64,000 bases of DNA, from NCBI GenBank assembly GCA_964019335.1, contig OZ025762.1, positions 126,740 to 190,739 of the forward strand, given 5' to 3'. The notes beneath the pieces were generated by a model. That model ran no database searches. It was not told the DNA's origin and saw only the letters and a list, made by a program, of their open reading frames with translations. The first letter of the stretch is position 1. Every line of letters starts with the position of its first letter. Positions 21,369 through 32,337 of this stretch are shown one piece after another. The stretch comes from Diplonema japonicum. Lineage: Eukaryota; Protista; Euglenozoa: Diplonemea. A program made the translations under genes and the position numbers.

Positions 21369-22177
21369 TTTCTTTTTTGGAGTGTGTGTAATTTATCCTG
21401 ATTATTGATGGTGGTGCACCCACTACCGCATGGAATGACGCAAACAGGTGGAAGAAGGAAAAAAGAGGGTGGATGAGATGAGAGCGTGGGTGAGATGAGA
21501 GCAGAGAATAATAAAGCGCTGCACCAGATAACCTACATGGAAGAAGAACCGCAGAGAAAGAAGAAGCAGAACCCAAATAAGAATGTAGTCAATCTGGTCG
21601 AATAAAAAAAAAGGATCTCTCCCAAGCTCCAACAAACCCACAACTTTCAAAAGAAAGAGTGATATCTGCAGAATCGGAATTAAGACCAGAGCTGCGTGTC
21701 ATTAGCTTCAATTGTGCGAAATGGACGAACAGCGACGACTGATAGAAGAAGGCACGGAGAAATATTTCAGTAGATGTAATATGCCTACAAGAATAAAGAG
21801 GAGCAAAAGGCGTTGCACGTGTGCTGAACACTTTTTCTCGTAGCTTTCCTTTGTGGGTTCCAGCTACTTCCAAACAGTATCGCGAGATCACCCACGTGAT
21901 GCTTATCTTTACAAATAATAAATAATTGTTAGAACAAAAAAAAAAAAGAGAGAAAAAAAAAAAAAAACGCCCCGGGGGTGCGGTGTCTGGCATGAAATAC
22001 CAGTACAGTGGGTGAGTTAAGAGAAAAATGAAAGAAAAAAAGAGGACGAAGGTTAACTTAAAACCCTCGTTTTTTTTTTTAAAGTAAACTTTTTTGTGTA
22101 CTGCTTTTTACCCCCCCCCCCCTCTTTTTCTTTTCTTCTTCTCTAAGGATAGATTCGTTCTCACCTTTTAATACAAA

Positions 22178-23629
22178 TTATACTTCCCAACCAGTTCGAA
22201 GAGACGCAAAAATATCTGCGAACGAGGCCGCGACCGCCGCAGTAGGAAAAGTGATGCTAACACACTGCTGCCGACCCACAGGGGTATCTGCAAAGTTACT
22301 ACCAGAGAGCGCCCACGTCTTGCTGCTCATACGCGGACGAACAAGGGGTGTGCACTCCGACAAGTACGCGCAGAAGTATATCCTGTGACACGTCAGTTCC
22401 CTCCGGCGAACAAGCACCCTTGTGGTGTTCGTATTCCTGCACCTCATCATGTGCAGCTCCCCGATGGCCTTAACTTCCCAGCGACGCCCCCCTCCGTACC
22501 CAAAACACCATTCACGCAATTTTACATTAGACCCCCACACAGTCTCCTCATCACGTGTTGTGAAGACAGTAGCCTTTGTCGGATCAGGTACATACTTCAG
22601 AAGCACATTGGTAATGTCAACGTCGAACGTCTCGGCTATCTGTAGCGCAGTGTAGCCCGAAGCATCTGGCCTATCCGCATCCACCCCGTGTTTGAACAGA
22701 AGGGGTATGACATCCGTGTTCCGAAAGCCCACAGCAGCATGCAGGACCGTCATGCCGTTGGAGTCCAGCTTGTTCGAGTCAGCTCCGTAGTGGAAAAGCA
22801 TTTTTGCAAAAGTGGTGTCCTTGTGCAACATGGCGTGGTGCAAGGGGTACCTCCCGGCAGAGCTTATGTTCGGGTCGCCTCCGAAGCTGAGGATTAAATT
22901 CGCGACCTCCAGCTCGCCCATCTCGACGGCGGTGTTCAAGGGACCTGATCTGTTCGGGTCAGCGTTGTGCTCCAGCATCAGACGTACGAGCGGAGCGCCG
23001 CATCGAAACCGCACAGCTAAGCACAATGGGTTCTCTGCTTCACCGTTAAGATCCACGTTGTGCTGGACCAGTAAAGAAGCGACCTGTGTGCCCCGCGTGC
23101 CCTTCCTCAGCATGGAGTGCAATAGTGAGCGAAGCTCGACGCGGTTCTCCATGTCGAGCTGTGTTAGGATGGTTTCGACACACTCGAAGAAGTTTGCCTC
23201 TGCAGCAACACGCAGCGCCATTGATTTTTTCGTAGAGGACCAGGGTATCTGTGCATCTACGACAACTTGAATTAATTCCGCCAACGAGTTGTCATCGGTA
23301 GGGTGCTTGTTCATGGCGTATGTCATTCTTTTTAAATGTTCGAGTGTGTAGTCGACGGCGTTGTCCTGGATATTAGCTTCTTTTAAACGCCGCAAGGCTT
23401 TTGCTTTTTTAGTTAGCTGGACGTCAAGTGTGCTCATGTCTTCAAAGGGGCACCGGTGGGCCTCGCAGTCGTCGAGCAGCTCCTCGCCTTCGAACGACAG
23501 TGTGATGCTTTCCGCCTCCAAACCCGCCTCGGTTGCTATTTTCTGCCGCAGTTTTCTCATGGTATCCGTTCCCGCAACATCTATAGATATTTCCTCCCGA
23601 GAGGGGAGCATTGCCATAAGGGACAGCAT
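22178..23629 (-). CDS. UBL + ankyrin repeats + divergent Ran-binding (RanBP1-like) domain protein
   Basis: UBL (TMRKLRQKI...LSFEGEEL) and ankyrins (GRYPLHHA, GMTVLHAA). The C-terminus EETVW..VKLREW..WEVKAIGELHM..TRVLVRR..KTWAL..NFAD..SITF..A.SF follows the RanBD pattern. Confidence 0.85.
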   Translation of the reverse strand: MLSLMAMLPSREEISIDVAGTDTMRKLRQKIATEAGLEAESITLSFEGEELLDDCEAHRCPFEDMSTLDVQLTKKAKALRRLKEANIQDNAVDYTLEHLKRMTYAMNKHPTDDNSLAELIQVVVDAQIPWSSTKKSMALRVAAEANFFECVETILTQLDMENRVELRSLLHSMLRKGTRGTQVASLLVQHNVDLNGEAENPLCLAVRFRCGAPLVRLMLEHNADPNRSGPLNTAVEMGELEVANLILSFGGDPNISSAGRYPLHHAMLHKDTTFAKMLFHYGADSNKLDSNGMTVLHAAVGFRNTDVIPLLFKHGVDADRPDASGYTALQIAETFDVDITNVLLKYVPDPTKATVFTTRDEETVWGSNVKLREWCFGYGGGRRWEVKAIGELHMMRCRNTNTTRVLVRRRELTCHRIYFCAYLSECTPLVRPRMSSKTWALSGSNFADTPVGRQQCVSITFPTAAVAASFADIFASLRTGWEV

Positions 23630-23887
23630 GGTGTTGAGGCAAACCAAACTGTTTTTTTTTTTCTTAAAAAAAAGGAAAGAAAGAAGATTTTGGTGAAGAT
23701 AGGGGGTCGGGGGGGGGGGGGGAGAGAGAGTGGGAGGGGCGAAAATTAAAGAATAACCTTTCTCTAGGATAATTTCTTATTTTCTTTTTTGCTCGAATTG
23801 GGCTCAAATTTAAATTATAAAAAAAAAAAAAGAAATGTTTACTTCTCCAATACATAACTAGCTCGGAGGGAGGGAGTGAAAATAAAG

Positions 23888-25024
23888 TTAGATAGAACTT
23901 CTTGTTCTAATTATGGCCAGCCGTTTCGCGGCTGTCTGTTCCACCATCTCTCGCTCGGCATCGGACCGCACGCACTGCAGAACCACCTCCAACTGCTCCA
24001 CGGATCCTATCTTCACAGCGACCTCTTCAGGAACACCTTCGTTCAGCAGCTTCTTAAGGATTTCCGGTGTGCTTTTTCTCCGTTGCAGCATTGTGCCTGC
24101 AAGCACTGCGGCCCCGCGAAGCTGCAATGGGAACTTGTCAATCAACACCCCGAGGTACCGTATGCCCTGCTCGGAGAAATTCCGGTACTGGGTGATGTCA
24201 ACAGGTGCTAGCAATTCGGTGCAATGGTTGAGAATGTCATCCACCCACTCCCATTTTGAAAATACGACTGCCGTGAAGAATGCCTCTGAAGGAAAGTACT
24301 TATACCGTCGAATCCCACGCCTTACAATTCTACTTATCTGATGGCTTTCGGACACGCTGTGGTATCTGCGTATAAGCGTCCGCAAGACGAAGGATCTGGT
24401 CTCCTTCCCAGAAGGGTTCTCGAGGTAATACTGTACAAAACACTCTAGCTGGTCTGGAAGACCAACCTTTAAGAGAACACAGGTAAAAGAGGGTGCGTCT
24501 TGACGGGCGGCGCCGAGTTCAACAAACCTCTTGAACAGTGCAGCGTCAGACAGCAACACGCTGGTGTTCAGTAGCAGCGGTGATGATTCCATGAGGAACC
24601 TGCTTGCAGAAGGATGCGAAAGAAGGTAATTCATTACCTTATCGGCCTTCAGCAGCCTCTTGTCGATCGCTATGTCTCTCACATTAAGCTTTTCGGCTTT
24701 GTCCAACATTTCCAACAGGAGCACATCGTTTTTCTCTATCACGTGCCACATGGGAAGATGCGGGTACGGGACGTGCGCGGCGATGTACCGCAACGCCACT
24801 TCTTTTTCGCTGAGCACTATGCATAGTTCGTCGCCTGCTCCCACACCCAGATCAGACACTTCTTCGGAATCCTTTATCGTGGTGCCTTCGAATTGGACTT
24901 CAAGTAGGTCGGCCTCCATTTCCATCAGCTGTCCCGCCTCACGCTTTATATCAGCCCCCATGCATGATGGGCCGATCTCTATTATATGCCTCACCCCGTC
25001 AGAGGTTGCGAGCACCACCTCCAT
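23888..25024 (-). CDS. UBL-domain protein with helical (degenerate ankyrin-like) C-terminus
   Basis: Start at MEVVLATSDG. UBL pattern GADIKREAG...VQFEGTTI...DLGVGAGDEL. Confidence 0.75.
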   Translation of the reverse strand: MEVVLATSDGVRHIIEIGPSCMGADIKREAGQLMEMEADLLEVQFEGTTIKDSEEVSDLGVGAGDELCIVLSEKEVALRYIAAHVPYPHLPMWHVIEKNDVLLLEMLDKAEKLNVRDIAIDKRLLKADKVMNYLLSHPSASRFLMESSPLLLNTSVLLSDAALFKRFVELGAARQDAPSFTCVLLKVGLPDQLECFVQYYLENPSGKETRSFVLRTLIRRYHSVSESHQISRIVRRGIRRYKYFPSEAFFTAVVFSKWEWVDDILNHCTELLAPVDITQYRNFSEQGIRYLGVLIDKFPLQLRGAAVLAGTMLQRRKSTPEILKKLLNEGVPEEVAVKIGSVEQLEVVLQCVRSDAEREMVEQTAAKRLAIIRTRSSI

Positions 25025-25392
25025 CTTTTTTCTGTGAATTCTTCTTTTTCTTTTCTTTTTGTTGAGGACAAAAAAAAAAAAAGATGATGTCACATGCAAA
25101 CTCCGCGCGAGAGCCGCAGGCTCCTAGAAGAAGGGAAGGGGGTATGGTCAGTACTAGGCATCTCTCAGTTTCGGACATATCTCGCGACTCCTCCAGGTGC
25201 TGTCCTCTTCAGGCGAGAGGCACCCTTCAATGGCTCCTACTAGCGTCCCAGCAGGTTTGGAGAGTACCGTTCCAGACCACGGTCTCCGCAAGACCTCCGT
25301 TGACTCGGTGTTCTTCCTTGTCTGTGTCCTTCACCACGACCTGCCGTTTTTGATTGCTATGGTCCGGTGGCCTGTCTTGGGTGGGCCAATTA

Positions 25393-26151
25393 TCAGAAAT
25401 GGATATCGTCTGCCTGGGTGTCACTTGGGGTCAAACCCTCGTTGTCACGAGCCTGCATATCGGCCCCTGCATCGAGAAGGAGCTCAATCACGTCGGTGCA
25501 GTAGCTAGTGTGCATAGGTGTTCTGCCTCTACAGTCACGGGCGTTGACGCCAGCCCCTGCTTCTATGAGGATGGGTACCATTGCTGCGCTGTTGCAGCAC
25601 CGGTGGAGATGAGTATGCTTTAAGTCGTTCTGTGTAACTGCGTTAACATCAGCACCATAACTAATGAGGAGGGAGGCAAGATCAGGTCTGTAGCATAGGT
25701 GCAGCAAGGTCTTTCCATGTGTGCGCTGTTCCAGAAGAGCAGGGATCGCCTTCATGTAGAGCTGCAGCACATCGTCAAGAGGCCCTTCGTAGTCTTCCTC
25801 ATCCGAGGAATCTTCTGACTCCTCCTCATCGTACAACCTTAGTACCGTCCTCCGTAGGTAATTAAAGTCCGGTTGCAAACCCATGTTCCTTAGTTGCTGC
25901 ATTGCGTGCTCCTTCTCATCTGGCACCACCACCACCTCGTCCCCGTCCTTGAAACAGATCTCGTTGACCCTCAAGGAGCTGTTCTTCAATATTTCGCCGT
26001 CGTGTTGTAGCTCGAATGTTTGTTTTTTTAAGTCGCACGCCAACGCTGCTTTCGAAGCGAGGTCCCCCACGGACTCCTTCCCCTCCATCTCTACGACCAC
26101 GCGGGTACCTGCAGCTTCGCCTTCTACACGGAGGTGCAGAGTGACTGACAT
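25393..26151 (-). CDS. UBL + acidic linker + ankyrin-repeat protein
   Basis: UBL (SVGDLASKA...LQHDGEIL) and ankyrins (GKTLLHL, GADVNA, GRTPMH, GLTP). The 3' end may be frameshifted or truncated. Confidence 0.8.
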   Translation of the reverse strand: MSVTLHLRVEGEAAGTRVVVEMEGKESVGDLASKAALACDLKKQTFELQHDGEILKNSSLRVNEICFKDGDEVVVVPDEKEHAMQQLRNMGLQPDFNYLRRTVLRLYDEEESEDSSDEEDYEGPLDDVLQLYMKAIPALLEQRTHGKTLLHLCYRPDLASLLISYGADVNAVTQNDLKHTHLHRCCNSAAMVPILIEAGAGVNARDCRGRTPMHTSYCTDVIELLLDAGADMQARDNEGLTPSDTQADDIHF

Positions 26152-26589
26152 TTTTTACCACCCCTGCTCCTTTTCTTTTTAAGCTTCTCCCGAAAGAGAA
26201 ATAAAAAAATAAAAAGAAGAAAAAGAGTATACGAAAGAAAGAAATACGTTTTCACTTTTTTTTGGGGGGGAGATGATGTGCGTTGCCTTATGCTTTATGA
26301 GGACGGAGGGGTTGTCCCATGTGGCAAATAGAAAACGAAGTTGTTCGTCTTTTTCTTGTTTTTTGTTTTCACCTTTTCTTCATTGACAACCAGCCGATCT
26401 TTGGCTCTGCTCGTCAGACACGGAATTCAGCAGCAGGCATATGCAAACCTGCAGTGACAGCGAAAAAGCAGAGACACAAAGTGACACGTGAAAGCTCAAG
26501 AGAATAGGTGAAATATCCTTTCATCTTTTTTTTTCATTCTTCTTCTTCAAAAAACTGACGCGCACATGTGAATGAAGGGGTAGTCACGC

Positions 26590-26618
<29 letters not shown>

Positions 26619-26620
<2 letters not shown>

Positions 26621-26657
26621 ACATTTAAGGGTACCTGCGGTATGTGGCAGGACGCCT
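26619..26657 (-). repeat. 39-bp dispersed micro-element (copy 1)
   Basis: Reverse complement of 58878-58916 with 1 mismatch. Embedded between homopolymer runs. Confidence 0.85.
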
Positions 26658-27208
26658 GAAAAAAAAAAAAAAAAAAAGAAGAAAAAAATAATAATAATAA
26701 ATAATAATGAAAGTTCCCACCCTCATTTTCTTTCTTTTTCTTTGAGTCGTTTATTTCTCCCTCTCTCACCTGCTTCTTCATTTCTTTTTTTTCTTTTTCA
26801 CTTCTCTTCTTTTTTCAATTCCCGTCAGAACCCATCTCCCTGCTGTTCGATCCCAGCAGCTCGCAGCGGACGAAAAACATGGATAAGGAAAGCTCGTCTG
26901 AAACGGGAAGTACAAAGGAGAACATTAAAGGAGCACATGCCTTTCCAAAAGAAATAAAGAAGAAGAAAAAAGGGGGGGAAGGGAGAAAAAGGAGTTGCGA
27001 CAGGGGGTAAGAAAAGAAAACAAATAAAGAGAGAGGGAGAGAAAGGGTAGGAGGAATTACTAAAGCAAAAATTCATTTTCTCTCGTGGGAAGAAACACCA
27101 AAAGAGAAAAAGAGGGAACAAAAAACACAAAAATAAATTTAAAATAAAAAAAGAATGAAAAATAAAAAGGCTTCCTTTCTTTTTTAAATTTAAACCCTGG
27201 TCTCTTCT

Positions 27209-29398
27209 CTAGTTGGGCTTTGAAAAGACAACATAGTGGACGCTGAGGGGTGGCATGCTGACGGGGATGTCCACGGAGTAGTCCCTGTTGAGGGTGAAGG
27301 AGGTGGGGGGACTCTGACCGTCGATGGAGACGAGGGTAGTGGTGGTGAGCCCCGTGTAGTAGAGGGGGACGTTCACGTTGGCTGTGAGGGAGGAGTCAGT
27401 GGGGTTGAAGACCATGGCGAGCCCCACCTCGGCGGTGGCGGAGTAAGGGTTCACATGGAGGAAGGCGTCCCAGGACTGCATGGAGGGCCTGCGGATGTGG
27501 ACGACGGGCTGGATGAGGGTCTGCCTGTGTGCCTTGTACATCCCGATCCACTTCTGGAGGACCGCCTTCATGGAGTCGGTGGTGTAGGGGACGTCCCCTC
27601 GGTAGCATGCGGCGGTCCCCGCCCCGAGGTACTGCGCCAGCCCCCACTCGTACTCCAGCTGGTGGGCTTGGAACTCAGCGGCGGTTCCCCCTGCGTGGTA
27701 CTGCGTGATGGGGAGGAACATCCACCCCTGCGTCGGGAGGTGCACGTACAGGTCGTCGTAGAGCCCCATCCGCGACACCGAGAGGTCCCTCCAGCGCGGG
27801 AGGGAGTACTGCTGCTCGTCGTAGCCCATCCCCGTGCGCGACCCCCCTTGGAAGAAGTAGTCGTCTGGCTGGTTCACGTACACCCCGAGACGGCGCATCT
27901 CCTGGTAGAAGGTGTTCTGCAGGACCGTTTGCTTGTACACGCTGTCGTCGAGGTTGTGGTGGTGCGCGTGCGAGGTCGACCCGCAGGTCTCCCCGCCGTA
28001 CGGCCCGTCCGTCTCCAGCATCGACAGCCCCGTGCTGTTCAGGAACCCCTTCGCCTTCCCGAACAGGTCGTCGTACCAGCCGGACGCGAAGCACGCGTCC
28101 CCCGTGTTCCCCACCGCCTGGTACTCCTTCGGCACGCTCCCACCACGGTCCAAGCAAATCAGGTCGTAGCCCCCGACCTCGATCCCCTTCGCGTTCGCGT
28201 ACTGCACCAGGCTCTTCACCTCCGCCAGGTAAGACGGGTTCGTGCTCTCCAAATTGAACCCGGACCCGAAGGAGAAGATGAACATCTCGAACCCGACCTC
28301 CGCCATCTGATCCACCGCCTTCTTAAACCCCGTCGGGTCGCTGTGCGTGCAGTGGAAGAAGATCGGGTTCTCCGTCGTGTGCGGGGCGAGCATCTGCGTC
28401 ACCCGGTGCCTCGACAGGGTGTGTCGCTCCAGCTCCTCCGAGTCCGTCACCAGCAGGAAGGCCTTGAAGGAGGCAAAGGTCTCGGTCGGGGAGACCACCG
28501 CCCCCGGGCCCCGCGTGTACGAGCAGTTCAGGTAGGGCTCCACCGCCCCCTCGTCTTTGCACGACGCGCACCCCGGGATGTTGTCCACGCTGTTCGGGTA
28601 GTCGTCCTCCCACGTGCACGCCGAGCTGTGCGCCTGGTCCGTCTTCGCGTGCAGGAGCGAGTTCGGGGTCCCCGCCTGCACTGCCCCTTCCCCGTCCGCC
28701 CCGGGAACGAACGACCCGTGCGTGAAGTACTTCCCCCACCGCGGCATCACCCCGAGGAACTCCACCGCCGCCGCCTGCACCTGCGTCGTGTCCCCGAGCG
28801 ACCGGATCGTCATCCACTTCTCCAGGAGCGGGATCCCCTGCAGAACCTGGTAGTGCAGCGTCACCTCCACCTGCGGCGCCCCCGGGGGCGGGTGGAACAC
28901 CACCGACAGAGTCACCCCCTTCGGCGGCCAGCTGTACACCGTGCTCGAGTGCCGCGTCCCCGGCGTCCACGGGAAGGGCGCCGCAGGGGTCGACACGCTG
29001 TGGTTCACGTAGCGGAACGCCCCGCTGTCTGCCTTCAGCGCCAGCCCGCTCCGGTTGCAGTAGGCGAGAAACCCGTCCACCTGCTGCAGGCCCCCGATCA
29101 TGTACTCCTTCCCGTCCAGCCACACACTCCCCTCCGGGTGCACCGACCGGAACAGCGACTGTTCCCCGCCGTACTTGCTCGTCGCGTTCAGAGACACGTC
29201 CACCGTCCCGAACGCGGGCGTCGTCACGAACCGCCGCGTCACAAGCCCGTTCCCGATCACCAGCCCGCCCCCCGTTGTCCCCCGAACGTACGCGGGGTCC
29301 TTCACCATCTCCACCAGCCAGTCCTCCTTCCGGTCCCCGAGCACCACTCCCAGGGAACAACAGGCTGTCACCACCGCAACAAGCTGAAGGCGCCGCAT
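27209..29398 (-). CDS. Secreted putative glycoside hydrolase (alpha-galactosidase-like TIM barrel; family uncertain)
   Basis: 729 aa with signal peptide and strong GC3 codon bias. Motifs GNGLVTRRF, DQMAEVGFEM, YANAKGIEVGGY, ETDGPYGG and QGWMFLP resemble proteins annotated as alpha-galactosidase-like (from recall, not a search). Confidence 0.65.
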   Translation of the reverse strand: MRRLQLVAVVTACCSLGVVLGDRKEDWLVEMVKDPAYVRGTTGGGLVIGNGLVTRRFVTTPAFGTVDVSLNATSKYGGEQSLFRSVHPEGSVWLDGKEYMIGGLQQVDGFLAYCNRSGLALKADSGAFRYVNHSVSTPAAPFPWTPGTRHSSTVYSWPPKGVTLSVVFHPPPGAPQVEVTLHYQVLQGIPLLEKWMTIRSLGDTTQVQAAAVEFLGVMPRWGKYFTHGSFVPGADGEGAVQAGTPNSLLHAKTDQAHSSACTWEDDYPNSVDNIPGCASCKDEGAVEPYLNCSYTRGPGAVVSPTETFASFKAFLLVTDSEELERHTLSRHRVTQMLAPHTTENPIFFHCTHSDPTGFKKAVDQMAEVGFEMFIFSFGSGFNLESTNPSYLAEVKSLVQYANAKGIEVGGYDLICLDRGGSVPKEYQAVGNTGDACFASGWYDDLFGKAKGFLNSTGLSMLETDGPYGGETCGSTSHAHHHNLDDSVYKQTVLQNTFYQEMRRLGVYVNQPDDYFFQGGSRTGMGYDEQQYSLPRWRDLSVSRMGLYDDLYVHLPTQGWMFLPITQYHAGGTAAEFQAHQLEYEWGLAQYLGAGTAACYRGDVPYTTDSMKAVLQKWIGMYKAHRQTLIQPVVHIRRPSMQSWDAFLHVNPYSATAEVGLAMVFNPTDSSLTANVNVPLYYTGLTTTTLVSIDGQSPPTSFTLNRDYSVDIPVSMPPLSVHYVVFSKPN

Positions 29399-30062
29399 CT
29401 TCCTTTTTTATTTAATTCTCCTTTTAGGAACAGAAAGTAAGGTTTTGGTGTAGCTGTGAGTGCGTATGTGTACTGAAGATCTAACCTGAAATTGAATAAA
29501 GAAGTAAAGAAAAGAGAGAAAGAGGAAAGAGAGAACCTTTTCTGGGTAAGTGTGAGTAAGGTGAGGGACTCCTGAAAAATAGTATGGTCAATGATTTCGC
29601 TGTTGTCACAACTTCGTATCAAGCAGAAAGTTAGCTTCATTGTGTCGAGAGAAACAATATCGTGTCTCCAGAAACAATTTATGGTATTTTCTTTCCTTCG
29701 GCAAAAAAGAAAAAGCAAAAAAAAACACTAAAATAGCTACGTACTTTGTATTACTTGCCTACCTGTCGCAGAAGAAGTCAAAAGCTGACCCTAGTGCCCC
29801 AGGTAGCCGTAACAAAAGCTTCTTTTTTGCAAACGGGATACTGCACGTCTGGGCTTACGAAAGAACTAAGTGGGCTCAAATCGCGTCTGAGCTGCGCTGC
29901 TGCTTCCGGGGTCCTTTCACGATCTCGGATTACACATTCTGGGGCACTTGTATCGGTAGGTGCAGCTACTTTTTGCATATATTGAATAAAAATATAGCAG
30001 CAAAAATTGAAAAATAATATTATTCACCCAATTTGAACGAGAATAGACAAAAATTCAAAAAA

Positions 30063-30906
30063 TATATGAGTTAAAGGAAGACTACTTCCTGCACCTATCC
30101 CATTTCAGCAGCGGTTTCTCCTCCTTTGGTGGTCTTGCCGGCCTTCTCCTCAGCCTGGCCGCTCTTTCTCTTCGTTCTCTTGCCCATTGTCCTTTCAACG
30201 CCTCTAGGTCATGCTTGGTCTTCGGTGATGCAAATATCGCCCTCCTGTTCCATCCGATCACCGCCTTTGTCCTCCCGATGGATCGTAGGTGTGTGCACCC
30301 TTGTGCACGGCTCAGCTGGGAAGGCCCTCCTTCCTTTCACCTTCTTCAGTACCCTCCCTAGCTCCCATGTGTGCCAGATCTTCTTCATCAATCCATGCAA
30401 TCTCCTCGCTTTCTGCTGTACTTCTGCGAGATCCCCCAGCTTCCCTCCAAGGGTCTTCCCGGTCACGTTCTCGAAATCCAGTGCCAGCTCCACCGTCGAC
30501 ACTGACGTGTTCCTGCTGCCTGCATACCAGCGCAGTTGCCGCATCCACCTCAGCACCTCCTTCGTGTACTCCCGTAGGACATCCCCTGCCGGTAGCTTGC
30601 CGAAGTCCTTGTCCGACGGTACTGGGTGTTCTTGACCTTGTGTGATCTCCAGCCACTGGTGTGTGTGGTACACCTCCTGCCTCTTCGCTTGTAGGGCCGT
30701 GTCCCGCTCCCCCACCACCGCCAGCAGGTACCTCTGCGTTCCTTCGAGCCTTTCCCTAACATCCTTCCCTGCTCCCCTTGGCAGATGCCATGCAGCTTCG
30801 TACACGGTTCCAGCCCCCTGCGCGTCATGCCTTCGTGTTCTTCCCGCTGTTGCACTTCCTTGGCCTTTTCGCACTCCCACAGTGCGTGCTCCAGCATGTT
30901 GGGCAG
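30063..30906 (-). mobile_element. Non-LTR retrotransposon family A, 3' fragment with indels
   Basis: Aligns with 43321-44191, with small indels and a deletion in the 3' UTR. Includes the EHALWEC motif. Confidence 0.9.
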
Positions 30907-31304
30907 GTGGTGGTGGTGGTTGCTGTACCCCCCATGCTGCTCGCCAACTGTCCACGCAGCTGCTCCACCGCTTCCCACGCTATTCTTACAGCTCCTTCTC
31001 CTGCTTTTTCTTTTTTTTTATCTCCTCCTGCTGGAGGAGGCGACGTCAGGGTCTTCGCTGCCTGCGCCAGATCCTGCTGTCGTTGCCATGATTCTTTCTT
31101 CTTTTCCTTCTTTTTTATAATTGCAGGTAATCTGTGTGGATGAACATGTGAAAACAAACAAACTAGAGAAAAAATAAAATGTTGAACAGGAGGAGGGAGA
31201 GAGGAGGATAATTCTTATTGAAAAGCGGAACAGAACCAAGTTAGAAAAAAAAGAAGGTTAGAAGAGTTAAAGCGTCTCCGGGAGAGCGCAAAAAAAAAAA
31301 AAAA

Positions 31305-32205
31305 TTAATTTCGGTGTGCGGGTGGGTGCTCACCGTTCAGGGAGAAATTCACACTAATCGGTCACCGTTCTGCGGTTGCTGTCTGGTGCCTGCGGTGGCT
31401 GTTTGTCGCGATGAGATGGACGGCATCTGGGCGAGAAACATTGCTTGGAGTCGTGCTAGGTAGGGAGCGGTTTGGCTCGAGGAGAAGAGTGGTCTCCTGT
31501 CGTAGCCGTGTGTCGTCGGGCCCCCAAGATGTCGAAGGGTGTGTACCCTTGTCTTTGCGTTGGCAGGGAAAGCATTCTTCCACTCTTTGCTGTGCATTTC
31601 TGAATACGTCCTAAGATGTATCGCATCCTTCCAGCCTTCTCTGTGAGCCAGTCCTGGTCGTCGAGGGGTCCAGCCAAGGACTGCCGGGTGGCCTGCTCAT
31701 AGTCTACTGCGAGCTCCATCGTCGTGACGGACGTCAACTTCCTGCCTGCGTACCATCTTAGGCTTTCAGCCACCTGAGGACGCTCTTTATGTAGAACATT
31801 AGGACCTTTCCCGACGCTCCGTTCGATTTCAACAGCTCCACTGTGGGCACAGTGTGCTGCTTCCCCGTTGTGATCTCATCCCACGGGTTGGTGGTGAGGA
31901 TTCTGGTGCTCCGTTCAGCCGCTCTGGCGTCTCGTCTTGACACGACATCCAACAGGTATCGTTGCACGACTGCCGCCTGTTGCTTCGCAGCCCCCGTTGC
32001 GCCCCTTGGAATGATCCCGTGGAGGGCGGTCACTGCAGGTAGGTCACTTCGCGTCATCCCGCCATATCTTTCGTTTGTCAGGGCAGCTCTCGCTGGTGCA
32101 CATTCCCACAGGGCGTGCTCCGTGACTTCTGTCGTCGTCTGGCATCGATGGTCGCAGACGTCGCACGCAAGAGACGAGCTTTCCACACCCTCACGTTCAT
32201 CCAAT
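31305..32205 (-). mobile_element. Non-LTR retrotransposon family C, frameshifted 3' fragment
   Basis: CDVC...EHALWEC, LHGIIPRG, QRYLL, LRWYAG, ELAVDYE and TRVHTLR are spread over three frames and are homologous to families A and B. Confidence 0.85.
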
Positions 32206-32337
32206 TGCTTCCCCCCCCCAAAAAAAAAGAGGAAAAAAAAAAGGGATAGTAATCTGGAACAATCATCTCTTTCATTCCGGATATCAGCAAAAAAAAAAAA
32301 AAAAAGAAACGAAAAAAAAAAAAGAAAAACTGCATTC

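Noticed and set aside
27236-29440. 734-aa plus-strand ORF
   Set aside because: Codon-aligned antisense shadow of a high-GC3 gene, with R/V/P/H-biased composition and no domain features.
29783-29970. Inverted repeat AGTGCCCCAG/CTGGGGCACT suggesting a MITE
   Set aside because: Only 10 bp perfect, with no target duplication and no second copy in the window.
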